DNA of 63,783 nucleotides, filler included, from Octopus bimaculoides (GCF_001194135.2; 11 parts of 10 records of this genome joined end to end with filler, not necessarily neighbours in it); one strand, 5' to 3'; shown: positions 51,240-63,783, numbered from the whole stretch's first letter. Numbers and translations are program-made. The notes: generated from the sequence alone by a model not told the origin.

Positions 51240-52812
51240 CATACATACATACATACATGCATGCATAAGCAAACATATATTAAAAGGCAATTCACCAAAC
51301 AAAAAATACTGTCGACATCTGCCAGAGAACTGGAGGATCTGTCTCTATGCTTCGAAAACCCATTGAGGATGTGATAAGAATAAATAACACCCAATGGCCC
51401 AGTTCACCTAGCTGTAAATAGGTAACCTAGTTTTATATCGCCCCCTCATTGGCAGAGAATTAAATTAGAGAGATCAATGACNNNNNNNNNNNNNNNNNNN
51501 NNNNNNNNNNNNNNNNNNNNNNNNNNNNNNNNNNNNNNNNNNNNNNNNNNNNNNNNNNNNNNNNNNNNNNNNNNNNNNNNNNNNNNNNNNNNNNNNNNNN
51601 NNNNNNNNNNNNNNNNNNNNNNNNNNNNNNNNNNNNNNNNNNNNNNNNNNNNNNNNNNNNNNNNNNNNNNNNNNNNNNNNNNNNNNNNNNNNNNNNNNNN
51701 NNNNNNNNNNNNNNNNNNNNNNNNNNNNNNNNNNNNNNNNNNNNNNNNNNNNNNNNNNNNNNNNNNNNNNNNNNNNNNNNNNNNNNNNNNNNNNNNNNNN
51801 NNNNNNNNNNNNNNNNNNNNNNNNNNNNNNNNNNNNNNNNNNNNNNNNNNNNNNNNNNNNNNNNNNNNNNNNNNNNNNNNNNNNNNNNNNNNNNNNNNNN
51901 NNNNNNNNNNNNNNNNNNNNNNNNNNNNNNNNNNNNNNNNNNNNNNNNNNNNNNNNNNNNNNNNNNNNNNNNNNNNNNNNNNNNNNNNNNNNNNNNNNNN
52001 NNNNNNNNNNNNNNNNNNNNNNNNNNNNNNNNNNNNNNNNNNNNNNNNNNNNNNNNNNNNNNNNNNNNNNTATATATATATATGTACGTATGTATGTATG
52101 TATGTATGTATGCATGTATGTATACATGTACGTGTGTATGCATTTATGCATTTTTATGTATGTATATATGTGTGTATGTATGTATGTATGTCTTCTGCTT
52201 GCTTCTTCGCCCTTATGCCATCTTCCCTTGCTTCTTCAGCTCATTCTTCATCCAACGGTTACTAAGTCATTCACTAAACTCATATCTATTCTACAGCTTT
52301 GACCTCTTCCTTGATCTGATGCCTGTCAAATTTATTTCTTTATCTTGTTTATACATTTTCCAACCACAACACCAACGTCAACAACAACAACAACAACAAC
52401 AGCAATAGTAGCAGTAACTGCAACAACAAACATTATAAGAATAACACTACAAAGTATTTCTCAAGTAGTAGGATTGAAGTAGAAAAAATATCTTGGAGAT
52501 TAATTCTTTGTTTTATATGTTGCATGCGACTGTAGTGGCCCAAGTCACATGGTTTTGCTCACACATACACACACACCACCGAATATACAAATACACAGAC
52601 ATAATTACACATAGGCACATAGACATAAAATATGCATAGGTCCATATATGCGCATGTGCGGACGTATACATAACAAAGAACAAATACATTTTACAAGTAA
52701 ATCACTCCCTTCCTGTTTTTTTTTTCCTTTTTCTCTTTTTCTTTTTTGTCCCTTTCACCTCCAATGTCTGTCATTTTTATTCTTTTCCCCTTTCTACTTC
52801 CATCCATTTCTT

Positions 52813-52905
<93 letters not shown>

Positions 52906-53329
52906 TTGCGCAACACGTCATTATTCCCTTCTATTCTTTACATATCTATTTTTGTATGCCTTTCATGCTTTTCTATATTCATCTATTCTTTTTTCACTCT
53001 CGATTTCAGTTTCTCTCTCCTTTCCCTTTCGTTCCTCATCTTCTCCTCTCTCTCTCCCTATCTCTCTCCCACCATTTCTCTTCCCCCTCTCTCTCTCTCT
53101 CTCACTCTTTCTTTAGGTGTTTCCTACCAGTGGTCGTTTTTCTCTTATCTGTCAAGCTATTTTCAATCTCTCTGTGGAATGATCTCGGAAGCTTTCATTG
53201 TAATCGTCTCTATATATTCTTATTAATATTTCTTCCAGCTTATATATGTAGTGCACGTGAATACATACGTGCCTGTGCATGAAAGTGAATGTGTGTTGCG
53301 CGTGCACGAACGTACATATGAACAGCTGG

Positions 53330-53580
53330 GAAGGAAAGAGTTTAAGAATCTATTGAACAACTAAATCATACAAAGCTATGATGTCAGAGATATGACAACA
53401 GAGTGCGAAAAAATTGGTTACAGTCTGGCTAGATTATGTGAAATCATTCGATTCCGTTCCCCCACTTGACGATACTAGAGGCCGTACTTCTAGCTACACT
53501 TGCAGAGACCATTGAAAAGTAGGTCGTCAACAGCCTCGTTTTGTCCTGGTTCACCATTCTTAAATTCCGATAGTAATTCT
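53330..53580 (+). mobile_element. Decayed R4/R2-group reverse transcriptase fragment
   Basis: KKLVTVWLDYVKSFDSVP (cf. W.DY.KAFDSVPH). Confidence 0.5.
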
Positions 53581-53834
53581 TATTTCTTTATTGCCCACAA
53601 GGGGCTAAACATAGAGGGGACAAAGAAGGACAGACAAAGGGATTAAGTCGATTACATCGACCCCAGTGCATAACTGGTACTTAATTTATCGACTCCTAAA
53701 GGATGAAAAGCAAAGTCGACCTCGGCGGAATTTGAACTCAGAACGTAACGGCAGACGAAATACCGCTAAACATTCCGCCCGGCGTGCTAACGTTTCAGCC
53801 AGCTCACTGCCTTAGTAATTTTACCGCCAGCTCA
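53581..53834 (-). mobile_element. SINE family B, full-length, with 14-bp target-site duplication
   Basis: CCGATAGTAATTCT at 53567-53580 and 53835-53848. The central GCTTTTCATCCTTT.GGAGTCGATAAATTAAGTACCAG resembles the MetaSINE domain as I recall it. Confidence 0.93.
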
Positions 53835-54789
53835 CCGATAGTAATTCTATTGTCCTTGACAGGATGGAGTATTTCAGGAGGAAATTTCAAACAGTTATTT
53901 CCCCTTTATTACTGTATATACTTGTGCTGAAACACTTGCTCCTCTTTTACTGCGAATATTTAAAGGGTCTCACAAGGAACGTGTAGACGACATGAATGTA
54001 TACACCAAAACTATGAATTGTATGAAGATGAGCTTTGACTGATCGCTATATTCTCAAGGGATAAGGGTAAGGTGTAACCTGGAATATGCTTGTATTGTTT
54101 ATAAGTTAAAAGGAAAAGATTCCAGTCAAGGTCTGGGTAGCTGATTAGGGAACAACGGGTATTTAAGGATAAAAATACCTCATAACAATACACTGGTAGG
54201 AAGGATCGCGTAGCCAGAAACAAAATAACTTACTAAAACCATGGTCCTAAATGATTTCTGCATTAAGCAATGTCCTACAATATATTTGTTGTACTCATAA
54301 GCACTCTTAACAAATCTACACCACTCCATACCACGCTTGTTGAGACCCGAATCAATGACAGCTTTTAAATGCCGCCAACTTTATCCTCAAAAGCGTCTAT
54401 AAGCCAGAAAATGTTGAAGTGCATCCGTGAGGAAAAATGACTTATAAAATATGGAAAATAGTCCCTCAGAAAAAGTCCCCAAACTAGGGACAAGAGCTTC
54501 ATGCTTAATGCTATGTGTATGCATGGTAAGAGAACAGAAGAGAAAAGACTTTCTGCTTATCAGCGGTAAGTTATATTTGGCTATGGTGTCAACAACTTGA
54601 GAATGACAGCATTATGGATTGTCCTGGATCAACAATAAGTACATTAACTTTCTCCTTAAAGAATATTTATTAGCGAACCAAGGTCAGAGAATAACAACAC
54701 ATCTGATGCACACAAATGGAATGTAATGCGTATATATGATAGTTCTAGAGAATGAAATATATAAACATATATTTCAAAAAAAGATGCAT

Positions 54790-55380
54790 ACTCTTTTACT
54801 CTTTTACTTGTTTCAGTCATTTGACTGTGGCCATGCTGGAGGACTGCCTTTAGTCGAGCAAATCGACCCCAGGACTTATTCTTTGGAAGCCTAGTACTTA
54901 TTCTATCGGGTCTTTTGCCGAACCGCTAAGTTACGGTGACGCAAACACACCAGCATCGGTTGTTAAGCGATGTTNNNNNNNNNNNNNNNNNNNNNNNNNN
55001 NNNNNNNNNNNNNNNNNNNNNNNNNNNNNNNNNNNNNNNNNNNNNNNNNNNNNNNNNNNNNNNNNNNNNNNNNNNNNNNNNNNNNNNNNNNNNNNNNNNN
55101 NNNNNNNNNNNNNNNNNNNNNNNNNNNNNNNNNNNNNNNNNNNNNNNGGGGGGGGGGGGAATACAGACACAGAAACATATACACACACATACATATATAT
55201 ATACATATACATATATACAACGGGCTTCTTTCAGTTTCCGTCTACCAAATCCACTCACAAGGCTTTGGTCGGCCCGAGGCTATGGCAGAAGATGCTTGCC
55301 TAAGTTGCCACGGAGTGGGAATGAACCCGGAACCATGTGGTTGGTCAGCAAGCTACTTACCACACAGCCACTCCTGCGCC
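54790..55380 (-). mobile_element. SINE family A, full-length with internal gap
   Basis: Minus head GGCGCAGGAGTGGCTGTGTGG; tail CAGTCAAATGACTGAAACAAGTAAAAGAG. Confidence 0.93.
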
Positions 55381-55834
55381 TGATGTAGAAGATATATTCA
55401 TCCACACTATAAAATGATGTAAGTGTACTGTTCCGTTCATTGTAAGCATATTAGACCTGGCATAACAATTGGGTAAAGAGAAAAGGAAGTGTGATCAGGA
55501 TAAGAAACCAAGATTATAGCAACTGTAAACATAAGGCAACTGTAAACAAAAAAGAAACACATATATGCTGAACTATTGAGAGATCTACACGTATTACAGC
55601 CAGCCTATCAATTCAAATAGTTACCTTCAACTATTGAGGCACTGGTTTATATAACTAATTGCTTCAGGGCCAAACTTGGAGAGCTGGACTTCACAATAAC
55701 CAGAAACAGCATGACTATTTTGGAAATTAGATTTAATGGAAATCTGTGTAAATATGCAATATATTCCAGCGATTTAACCTATGCTATGTACATAAGATTA
55801 CGTAAACACACACACACACACACACATACATACA

Positions 55835-56092
55835 TTTTTTTTTTCATTTTATCTAGTTTCAGCTCATGAGCTGTGGTCATGCTGGGGCACCGCCATTTGG
55901 TGTTGCTACACAATTTTACTACATGAATTTTACTTCAGGATTTGACATTTGGTGCATGAGAGATTTGATGCAGCTGCTCTCATCTGCGCCTCCTGCCGTG
56001 AAGTTGGTTCATCTGGGACACCTGACAGGAAGAGGTCCAGCCTTGTCTTGAAGACACCTACATTCACCGCATGCAGGTCTCTCAGGTCCTTC
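55835..56092 (-). mobile_element. 3' end of the same CR1-group LINE subfamily as 27508-28826
   Basis: Reverse complement closely matches 28580-28826. Confidence 0.92.
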
Positions 56093-56192
56093 NNNNNNNN
56101 NNNNNNNNNNNNNNNNNNNNNNNNNNNNNNNNNNNNTTAATTAATTAANNNNNNNNNNNNNNNNNNNNNNNNNNNNNNNNNNNNNNNNNNNN

Positions 56193-56240
<48 letters not shown>

Positions 56241-56448
56241 GTCATCTTACGTTTCTCTTGTCGGAATGTCGTTGCAGTTTGTTAATTTCCGTAAAAATTG
56301 TGTATTTATTCACTTTTGTTTTCATGACGTCTGGTGGAAGGCAACATTTAGATTTGGAAGTCAGAGCAGAAAGTGAAAGAGAGGTGGAAATGAATGATGT
56401 ATGTACGTTTATATGAAATGAACGGGAGTATGTGCGTGTGTGTGTGTA

Positions 56449-56487
<39 letters not shown>

Positions 56488-56696
56488 AGGGAGAGGAAGT
56501 GAAGGTATGTGTTGTTACGTATACGTACATATATAAATACATATGCATACATCGTTTTTGAATGTGCGCGCACGTGTGGGTGTGAGACAGAGAGAGAGAT
56601 AGAGTGTGTGAGAGGGTGAGTGAATGAGTGAGAGAGAGTGAGTGAATGAGTGAGTGAAAGTGTGTGTACTCATGTACGTCATGTATGTCTAAGTGG

Positions 56697-56760
<64 letters not shown>

Positions 56761-57049
56761 GACACATGCACACATACGTACAAAAATATGCATGTACATG
56801 TATTCATGTATGCACGTGTAATATGAAAGATAGTGGCTGCAGGCTGGTCCTTTGAAATACAGGTACAACTCACTTTTGTTAGGGTTCATTTGAATGAAGG
56901 TATTTTAATATTCAGGACACGGCGGGTAGTCGTAAACTCGTTTATGTTTTGCTTAGGAACAATAAATGTGTTACATCCATTCGTTTGACGTTTTGCGATT
57001 TTGACAACGTCATTTGCATACATAACAAAAAAAACAAATAGTAAAGGAA

Positions 57050-57403
57050 GAGCCCCAGGCGTGGATGTGTGGTAAGAAGCTTGCTTCACAACCACATGGT
57101 ACCGGGTTCAGTCCCACTGCGAGGCACCTCGGGCCAAGTGTCTTCTACTATAGCCTCAGACCGACCAAAGCCTTGTGAGAGGATTTGGTAGACGGAAACT
57201 GAAAGAAGCCCGTCAGGCGTAGGAGTGGCTGTGTGGTAAGTAGCTTGCTTACCAACTATATGGTCCCAGGTTCAGTCCCACTGCGTGGCACCTTGGGCAA
57301 GTGTCTTCTCCCATAGCCTCGGGCCGACCAAAGCCTTTTGAGTGGATTTGGTAGACGGAAACTGAAAGAAGCCCGTCGTATATATGTATATATATATATA
57401 TAT
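57050..57403 (+). mobile_element. Two SINE family A heads in tandem (57050-57214 and 57215-gap)
   Basis: Junction GAAAGAAGCCCGTC|AGGCGTAGGAGTGGCTG. Confidence 0.92.
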
Positions 57404-58027
57404 NNNNNNNNNNNNNNNNNNNNNNNNNNNNNNNNNNNNNNNNNNNNTTAATTAATTAANNNNNNNNNNNNNNNNNNNNNNNNNNNNNNNNNNNNNNNNN
57501 NNNATGAAAGACAACATTAATAACCAGCAACCTTTAAAATTATTATCATTTCTATATTAATCTCAGAAATTTTAGCCATATCATCTCTACTGGTTCTTCG
57601 TTACCGTTTTCTGTTCCTGATTATTTTGTTTCATGTTTTTTTCCTTTGCTATTTTTTGTTACCTATCTTGCATCATTTGTTTTCATAACATGTCCAAACT
57701 GCTATTAACATCAGCCTCTTCTTTCTCTCTGTCTTTATGTACTGCTCTGTTCTATCTCTCTGTTGCTTTCAATCATTGCACTGTGCTCCCCCTCTCTCTC
57801 TCTCGTTTTCTTTTGCTCTCTCTCTGCTGTCGCTCTCTTTCCTTTCTTACTTCACTGTCTTCTCTTTCTTTCTCTTACTATACCTTATACTTTGTCTTTT
57901 TCTGTCACATTCTCAACTCTGTCTCCATGGGTCTCTAGATCTCTTTTTGCATAGCTCACTGTCTCTTTCTTTGCACACAGCCCTGTTGCTCTCTCTTTCC
58001 CTCTCTCTCTTTCCCTCTCTCTCTACA

Positions 58028-58073
<46 letters not shown>

Positions 58074-58135
58074 GTTCTGCCTCATTACATAACTCTTCCT
58101 CTCTCTCTCTATACACACACATATACAGCTCTCTG

Positions 58136-58174
<39 letters not shown>

Positions 58175-58739
58175 CTTTCTGCACAGCCTCCCTCTACCTT
58201 TCGACACTGCTCTCCCTTTCTCCCCCCTCCCTCCTCCACTGCTCTTTTTTCTCTTTACAAACCTCTCTCTCTCTCTTTCCATTTGCTGTTTTCTTTCTCT
58301 CTCTCTCTGACTCTGTCCACCTTCCTTTCTTCTCTCTCTTACATCAAATATATTACAATTAGTTCCCCCGTTTTATAGAATTCTTCTTCCATAACAAAAA
58401 AATGAGAATCTGTTGGTTTATAGATGGCAGCGCCAACAGTAGACGCTTCTGCACAACACAACACTGCTAAATATTAATAATAAAGAGCCAAAAAAACCCC
58501 AAAAGAAAACCACAAAAAAAATCAAGAAAAGAAACAAACTGCTACAGAAACATAGAAACATCCCCCCTTTAATTCTTCCTTGCCAAATTGAAAGGAAAAT
58601 TGGAAAATAAAAAAATTATAACTTAATTTATGCTGCTGGAACATTCTGCTAATGATATAGCTGGTCTTAGTTGATAAAATAAAGATCATAATCACCAACG
58701 TTGCCACCATCATCATCATCATTGTTATCATCATCATCA

Positions 58740-59160
58740 TGACCACCATTACTGTCACCATCACCACCACCACCACCACCATTGTCATCATCGTCTTCAT
58801 CATCATCATCAACACTACCACCTCCACCACCATTGTCATCATCATCTTCATCATCATCATCATCAACACTACCACCTCCACCACCACCATTGTCATCATC
58901 GTCTTCATCATCATCATCATCATCAACACTATCACCTCCACCACCACCTCCACCACCATTGTCATCATCGTCTTCATCATCAAAACTACCACCTCCACCA
59001 CCACCATTGTCATCATCGTCTTCATTATCATCATCAACACTATCACCTCCACCACCACCACCACCATTGTCATCATCGTCTTCATCATCATCATCATCAA
59101 CACTACCACCTCCACCACCACCATTATCATCACCATCACGACCATTACTGTCACTACCAC
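58740..59160. repeat. Higher-order minisatellite built from (CAT)n and (CAC)n blocks, six units
   Basis: Anchor CATTGTCATC at 58780, 58831, 58888, 58957, 59005, 59065. Confidence 0.93.
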
Positions 59161-60069
59161 CCACCACCATCGCGATTACACCATCATTGCTTGCAAATTG
59201 CTCTGTTATCATCATTGGTTAAATCATCATCGTTGTCATAACTATAATCGTTCATCTCTATTATTATAATCAACTTGCACCTCCTCCCCCTCCACCGTTA
59301 TTGCAATCACCAATATCTTAGTCTTGAAAAATAATCATCACCGTCATCTCTATGATTAGCCACATCAATTTACTTTTCCACCTCTTCGTCTTCCTCCCAT
59401 CGCCATCTTCATCATCACCATCATCACCATCACCATCACCATCATCACCATCGTCACTTTCCTCCCCCTCTTCATCATTACCATCATCGTCATTGTCGTC
59501 ACCATCATCATCATCATCATCATCATTACCATAATTATCCTACTTCTCCCTCATTGTCTTCACTATAATTATCCTCCTCCTCCTCCTCTTCCTTTGCATC
59601 ATCATCATCATCATCATTCTCATCACCCCCTCCTTATCATCATTATGACTGAGTGTCCACCACCGTCATGATCCTGATGATGATGATGATGATGATCCTT
59701 CCTGTGTTATTTACATTCAGTTTAATACCAGAACATCCATATTTGTCTACATACAACCTGTTGTTAACAGCAAGTAGATGGAGAACATTGGTGAAGAAGA
59801 CAACGACCAGGCCATTTCAGATTTACGTCTCATTCAAAATCTCCATAAGTGGGGGTTCTGTTTTCTTTCTGGCAGTTTACTTTGTATTTCAGCTCACATT
59901 GTTTTGGTCTCCTCTTACAAGTTTATTCAACATGTGTGTGTGGATGAGTGACTTTGTACTTTCCTCTCATCTTCCTGTAAGTCCACTGACTGTAAACAAT
60001 GGCCTTGATGATGGTATCCGTTGTTTCCGGTTCTCTGCGTTAACATGTTAGAAGATTATTGCCTTGCTT

Positions 60070-60188
60070 GGAAATAGGTTGGCATCATGAGGAGCATCTG
60101 ACTGTGGAAGACTGCCCCATTGTTCTCTCATCTGACCCATGCAAGCATAGAAAAGTAAACATTAAAATGATGGTGAGAATGATGATGA

Positions 60189-60190
<2 letters not shown>
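60070..60190 (+). mobile_element. RTE-type LINE 3' tail, diverged
   Basis: GGTTGGCATCATGAGGAGCATC..TGACCCATGCAAGCATAGAAAAGTAAACATTAAAATGATG. Confidence 0.5.
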
Positions 60191-60221
<31 letters not shown>

Positions 60222-60567
60222 NNNNNNNNNNNNNNNNNNNNNNNNNNNNNNNNNNNNNNNNNNNNNNNNNNNNNNNNNNNNNNNNNNNNNNNNNNNNNNN
60301 NNNNNNNNNNNNNNNNNNNNNNNNNNNNNNNNNNNNNNNNNNNNNNNNNNNNNNNNNNNNNNNNNNNNNNNNNNNNNNNNNNNNNNNNNNNNNNNNNNNN
60401 NNNNNNNNNNNNNNNNNNNNNNNNNNNNNNNNNNNNNNNNNNNNNNNNNNNNNNNNNNNNNNNNNNNNNNNNNNNNNNNNNNNNNNNNNNNNNNNNNNNN
60501 NNNNNNNNNNNNNNNNNNNNNNNNNNNNNNNNNNNNNNNNNNNNNNNNNNNNNNNNNNNNNNNNNNA

Positions 60568-60663
60568 GTACTAGGCTTCCAAAAAAATAAGTCCTGGGGT
60601 CGATTTGTTGGACTAAAGGCGGTGCTCCAGCATGGTCACAGTCAAAAGACTGAAACAAGTAAA

Positions 60664-60706
<43 letters not shown>

Positions 60707-61153
60707 TGCAAGGATGGCTGTTAACACTGCATGGCTTCTAGGCAAAGGCATAACAGTGTGATTGAAAAGCCTGCTTTGCAATCATGTGGTTCCGGGTTCA
60801 GTCCTACTGTGGGGCACCTGGGGCAAGCATCATCTACTATAACCCCAGGCTGACCAATGCCTTTTGAGTGAATTTGGTAGATGGAAACTGGGAGGAAGCT
60901 TGTCACACACACAAAAATACACACACATGTGTGTATGTATGGGGTTTGTGTTTTGTTATGTTTGTGTGTCACCACTACTTGACAACTGGTGTTGGTTTGT
61001 TTACATTCCTGTGACTCGGCAGTTCAATAAAGAAGCCCAACAGAAGAAACACCTGACTTCAAAAAAAAATAACTACTGCATTCGGTTTGTTTGACTAAAC
61101 CCTTCAAAGCAGTGCTCCAGCATGGCCACAGTCTAATGGCTGAAATAATTAAA

Positions 61154-61155
<2 letters not shown>
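60568..61155 (+). mobile_element. Two SINE family A copies (3' part 60568-60668; older full copy 60705-61155)
   Basis: Tail and head motifs as in other copies. Confidence 0.85.
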
Positions 61156-61197
<42 letters not shown>

Positions 61198-61214
61198 TTA
61201 TACATGCCTACATC

Positions 61215-61259
<45 letters not shown>

Positions 61260-61534
61260 GGCTTCCCATCTGCAGTGTGTGTTGGAATATTGGATTCCTG
61301 TCTGAAACGCTTTATTCTCAACAACTCTTAAGAATATAATTTATGTGATTCTATCTTTAGTTATTTATGCCTGTTTTGCAGCAGTCTCTCTCCTTGTGTT
61401 TTGCAAAATTCTAAACAACTGTTCACCTTGATTGCTTCCTAAAACTAACCGTCTTTTTGCTTTTTCTTCTCTCTCTTTCAAAAAAAACAAAAAAAAACCA
61501 TTTATTGATTATTATTTTTTTTACACCGTGTCAT

Positions 61535-62068
61535 CATAATCCACCTGCCCTCCATAATAATCTGGCCTCCATCTTAATAATCCACCCTCCATTATAATAA
61601 TCCACCCTTAATCATAGTAATCCACCCTCCATTATAATAATCCACCCTTAATCATATTAATCTGCCCAACATCATAATAATCTGCCCTATTTAATAATAA
61701 TCCGCCTGTCATTATAATAATTTGGCTTCCATCATAATAATCCTTCCTCCATCATAATAATCTACCCTCTGTCATAATAAACTGTCCTCCATAATAATCT
61801 GCCAGCTGTTATAATAATCTGTCTTCCATGGTAATTCACTTTTCATCATAATAATCCAACCACCATCATAATAATCTACTCTTCTTCATAATCTGGCTTC
61901 CATCATAATATCCACCCTCCATAACAATTTGTCCTCCCTCATAATAATCTACACTCCATCATGATAATTCACCCTCCATCATGATAATTCACCCTCCATC
62001 ATAATAATTCGCCCTCTGACATAATAATTCACCCTCTGACATAATAATTCGCCCTTCATCATAATTCA
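61535..62068. repeat. Degenerate 20-bp minisatellite (consensus ATCATAATAATCCACCCTCC), about 26 units
   Basis: ATCATAATAA recurs in 20-bp register. Confidence 0.93.
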
Positions 62069-62536
62069 CCCAGGAGGTAATCAGAGAGAAGACATGAATC
62101 TGTAAACTAACTGAAGAGATTTTTTTATTTTTTTACATGATTGGGTGCTTAATAGCAATTAAGGACGAAGACAAAATTAAGAAACTGTAAAAAAAAAAAA
62201 AAGAAAAAAAATACTGTAGTTAAACCTGACTCTGAAGAGCTTTGTTGGACTGCAATGAAGGAAGTGACCCGTAAATAATTCATTTTAATTTTTTCTTCTT
62301 GTCTGATCTGATTCATATAAAATAAAACACACACACACACATATATATATGTTTTATGTATATATATATATCAAGAACCTAAAGTACTGTGACCTCAATA
62401 AGGAAGTGGTTAGTAATTAAGGAATATCCTGTTAGTTATCAGGGCCAATTTGTAGAAATATTGTCTATTGTCACACTAATTAATCCAGCATGACCACAGT
62501 CAAATGAGTGAAACAAGTAAAAATGATGTGCATGTA

Positions 62537-62589
<53 letters not shown>

Positions 62590-62689
62590 NNNNNNNNNNN
62601 NNNNNNNNNNNNNNNNNNNNNNNNNNNNNNNNNTTAATTAATTAANNNNNNNNNNNNNNNNNNNNNNNNNNNNNNNNNNNNNNNNNNNN

Positions 62690-63091
62690 AGGGGCTAAAC
62701 ATAGAGGAGACAAATAAGGACAGACAAGGGGATTAAGTCGATTACATCGACCTCAGTGCGTAACTGGTACTTATTTAGTCGACCCTGAAAGGATGAAAGG
62801 CAAAGTCGACCTTGGCGGAATTTGAACTAAGCATTTCGCCTGGCGTGCTAACGTTTCTTATTTCTTTATTGCCCACAAGGGGCTAAACATAGAGAGGACA
62901 AACAAGGACAGACAAAGGGGTTAAGTCGATTACATTGACCCCAGTGTGTAACTGGTACTTAATTTATCGACCCCGAAAGGATGAAAGGCAAAGTCGACCT
63001 CGGCGGAATTTGAACTCAGGACGTAACGGCAGACGAAAAACCGCTAAGCATTTCGCCCGGTGTGCTAACGTTTCAGCCAGCTCGCCGCCTT
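62690..63091 (-). mobile_element. Tandem SINE family B dimer (62858-63091 full; 62690-62857 head-truncated with internal deletion)
   Basis: Minus-strand junction GGGCAATAAAGAAATAAG|AAACGTTAGCACGCC. Confidence 0.92.
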
Positions 63092-63137
63092 TAATAATAA
63101 TAACAAAAAAATAATTCTATCCTTTTTCTGTTTGCAG

Positions 63138-63388
63138 ATGTTGCTCCAAGCCAGTGTATGCCTTTTATTATTGAAGGGTGCCAAGTCGGTCTGATTCCGA
63201 AGAGTTTCTGGAAACATCTGGAGACCTATTCCGATGTCTTCTACCTGGAATCGACAGAAAAACATGGTGACTGTATTCATCTTCACCATTTCTCTTCCGT
63301 TGAAGAACGTTCCAGAAAAGTAGAAGCTGTTCTCAAAGACCTTCGAGGAAAGAAGATCTTTAAGAAACTACAAGGCTGGAGAAACGAG
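63138..63388 (+). CDS. Internal exon of a DUF4743 / YJR142W-like Nudix hydrolase gene
   Basis: Acceptor TTTTCTGTTTGCAG and donor GAG|GTAAGT; open frame VAPSQCMPFIIEGCQVGLIP..VFYL..EERSRKVEAVLKDLR..LQGWRNE, the characteristic PF..EG..VG.I and GWR.E motifs of this family. Confidence 0.88.
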
Positions 63389-63550
63389 GTAAGTTTAGGA
63401 ATTCGTTTTCTTTGTAATCGGTGGAGCATCGGATAAAATTGTGTGGTAATGGTATCATGGTATCATGGTGGTTGTGGTTAGGGCATTTAGTTACGTCTTT
63501 TAATCCTCTCGGTCTGAGTTTCATTAGGTTTCGCTTCATGTTTCATATTT

Positions 63551-63783
63551 TTGTTGTTGTTGTTGTTGGCACTCCGTCGCTTACGACGTCGAGGGTTCCA
63601 GTTGATCCGATCAACGGAACAGGCTGCTACTCGTGAAATTAACGTGCAAGTGGCTGAGCACTCCACAGACACGTGTACCCTTAACGTAGTTCTCGGGGGG
63701 GATATTTAGCGTGACACAGAGTGTGACAAGGCTGACCCTTTGAATTACAGGCACAACAGAAACAGGAAGAAAGAGTGAGAGAA
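63551..63783 (-). mobile_element. SINE family C, 3' half with (CAA)n tail, cut by the window end
   Basis: Reverse complement matches 12140-12359. Confidence 0.92.

Noticed and set aside
58522-59269. Asp/Gly-rich or extensin-like proteins
   Set aside because: All frames are open because of triplet composition; no splice or homology support.
61535-62068. CRISPR-like appearance (constant plus variable parts)
   Set aside because: The repeat is only 10 bp, the variable parts are related to each other, the context is eukaryotic and there are no cas genes.

Overview
Eukaryotic, AT-rich, microsatellite-saturated draft-assembly DNA with many N gaps. The SINE and LINE repertoire points to a coleoid cephalopod, most likely Octopus (inference). 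One coding exon is confidently recognisable: a DUF4743/YJR142W-like Nudix hydrolase exon at 63138-63388 (+). Several short candidate first or internal exons and promoter-like islands are weaker. Most other unique-looking sequence is decayed transposons: a Tx1/L1-clade LINE, Dong/R4-like fragments in (TAA)n, a CRE-clade fragment, CR1-group LINEs, RTE pieces, a Penelope-like GIY-YIG ORF, Helitrons, piggyBac and hAT remnants, a probable LTR, a foldback element with 161-bp subrepeats, and three tRNA-headed SINE families. The most notable observation is a set of minimal type-I hammerhead ribozyme motifs with palindromic stem III (the dimer-cleaving, Penelope-type architecture) at four sites with mutually dissimilar sequences: 74-111, 8232-8287, 13726-13778 and 42325-42367. 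The last sits inside a head-to-head inverted repeat, and a diverged copy at 39490-39665 shows a compensatory change in the palindrome. Also notable are covarying 3' stem-loops shared by SINE and LINE tails and a 100-nt pre-miRNA-like hairpin. Most ORFs in the supplied track are microsatellite or N artefacts. All alignments and structures were done by eye.
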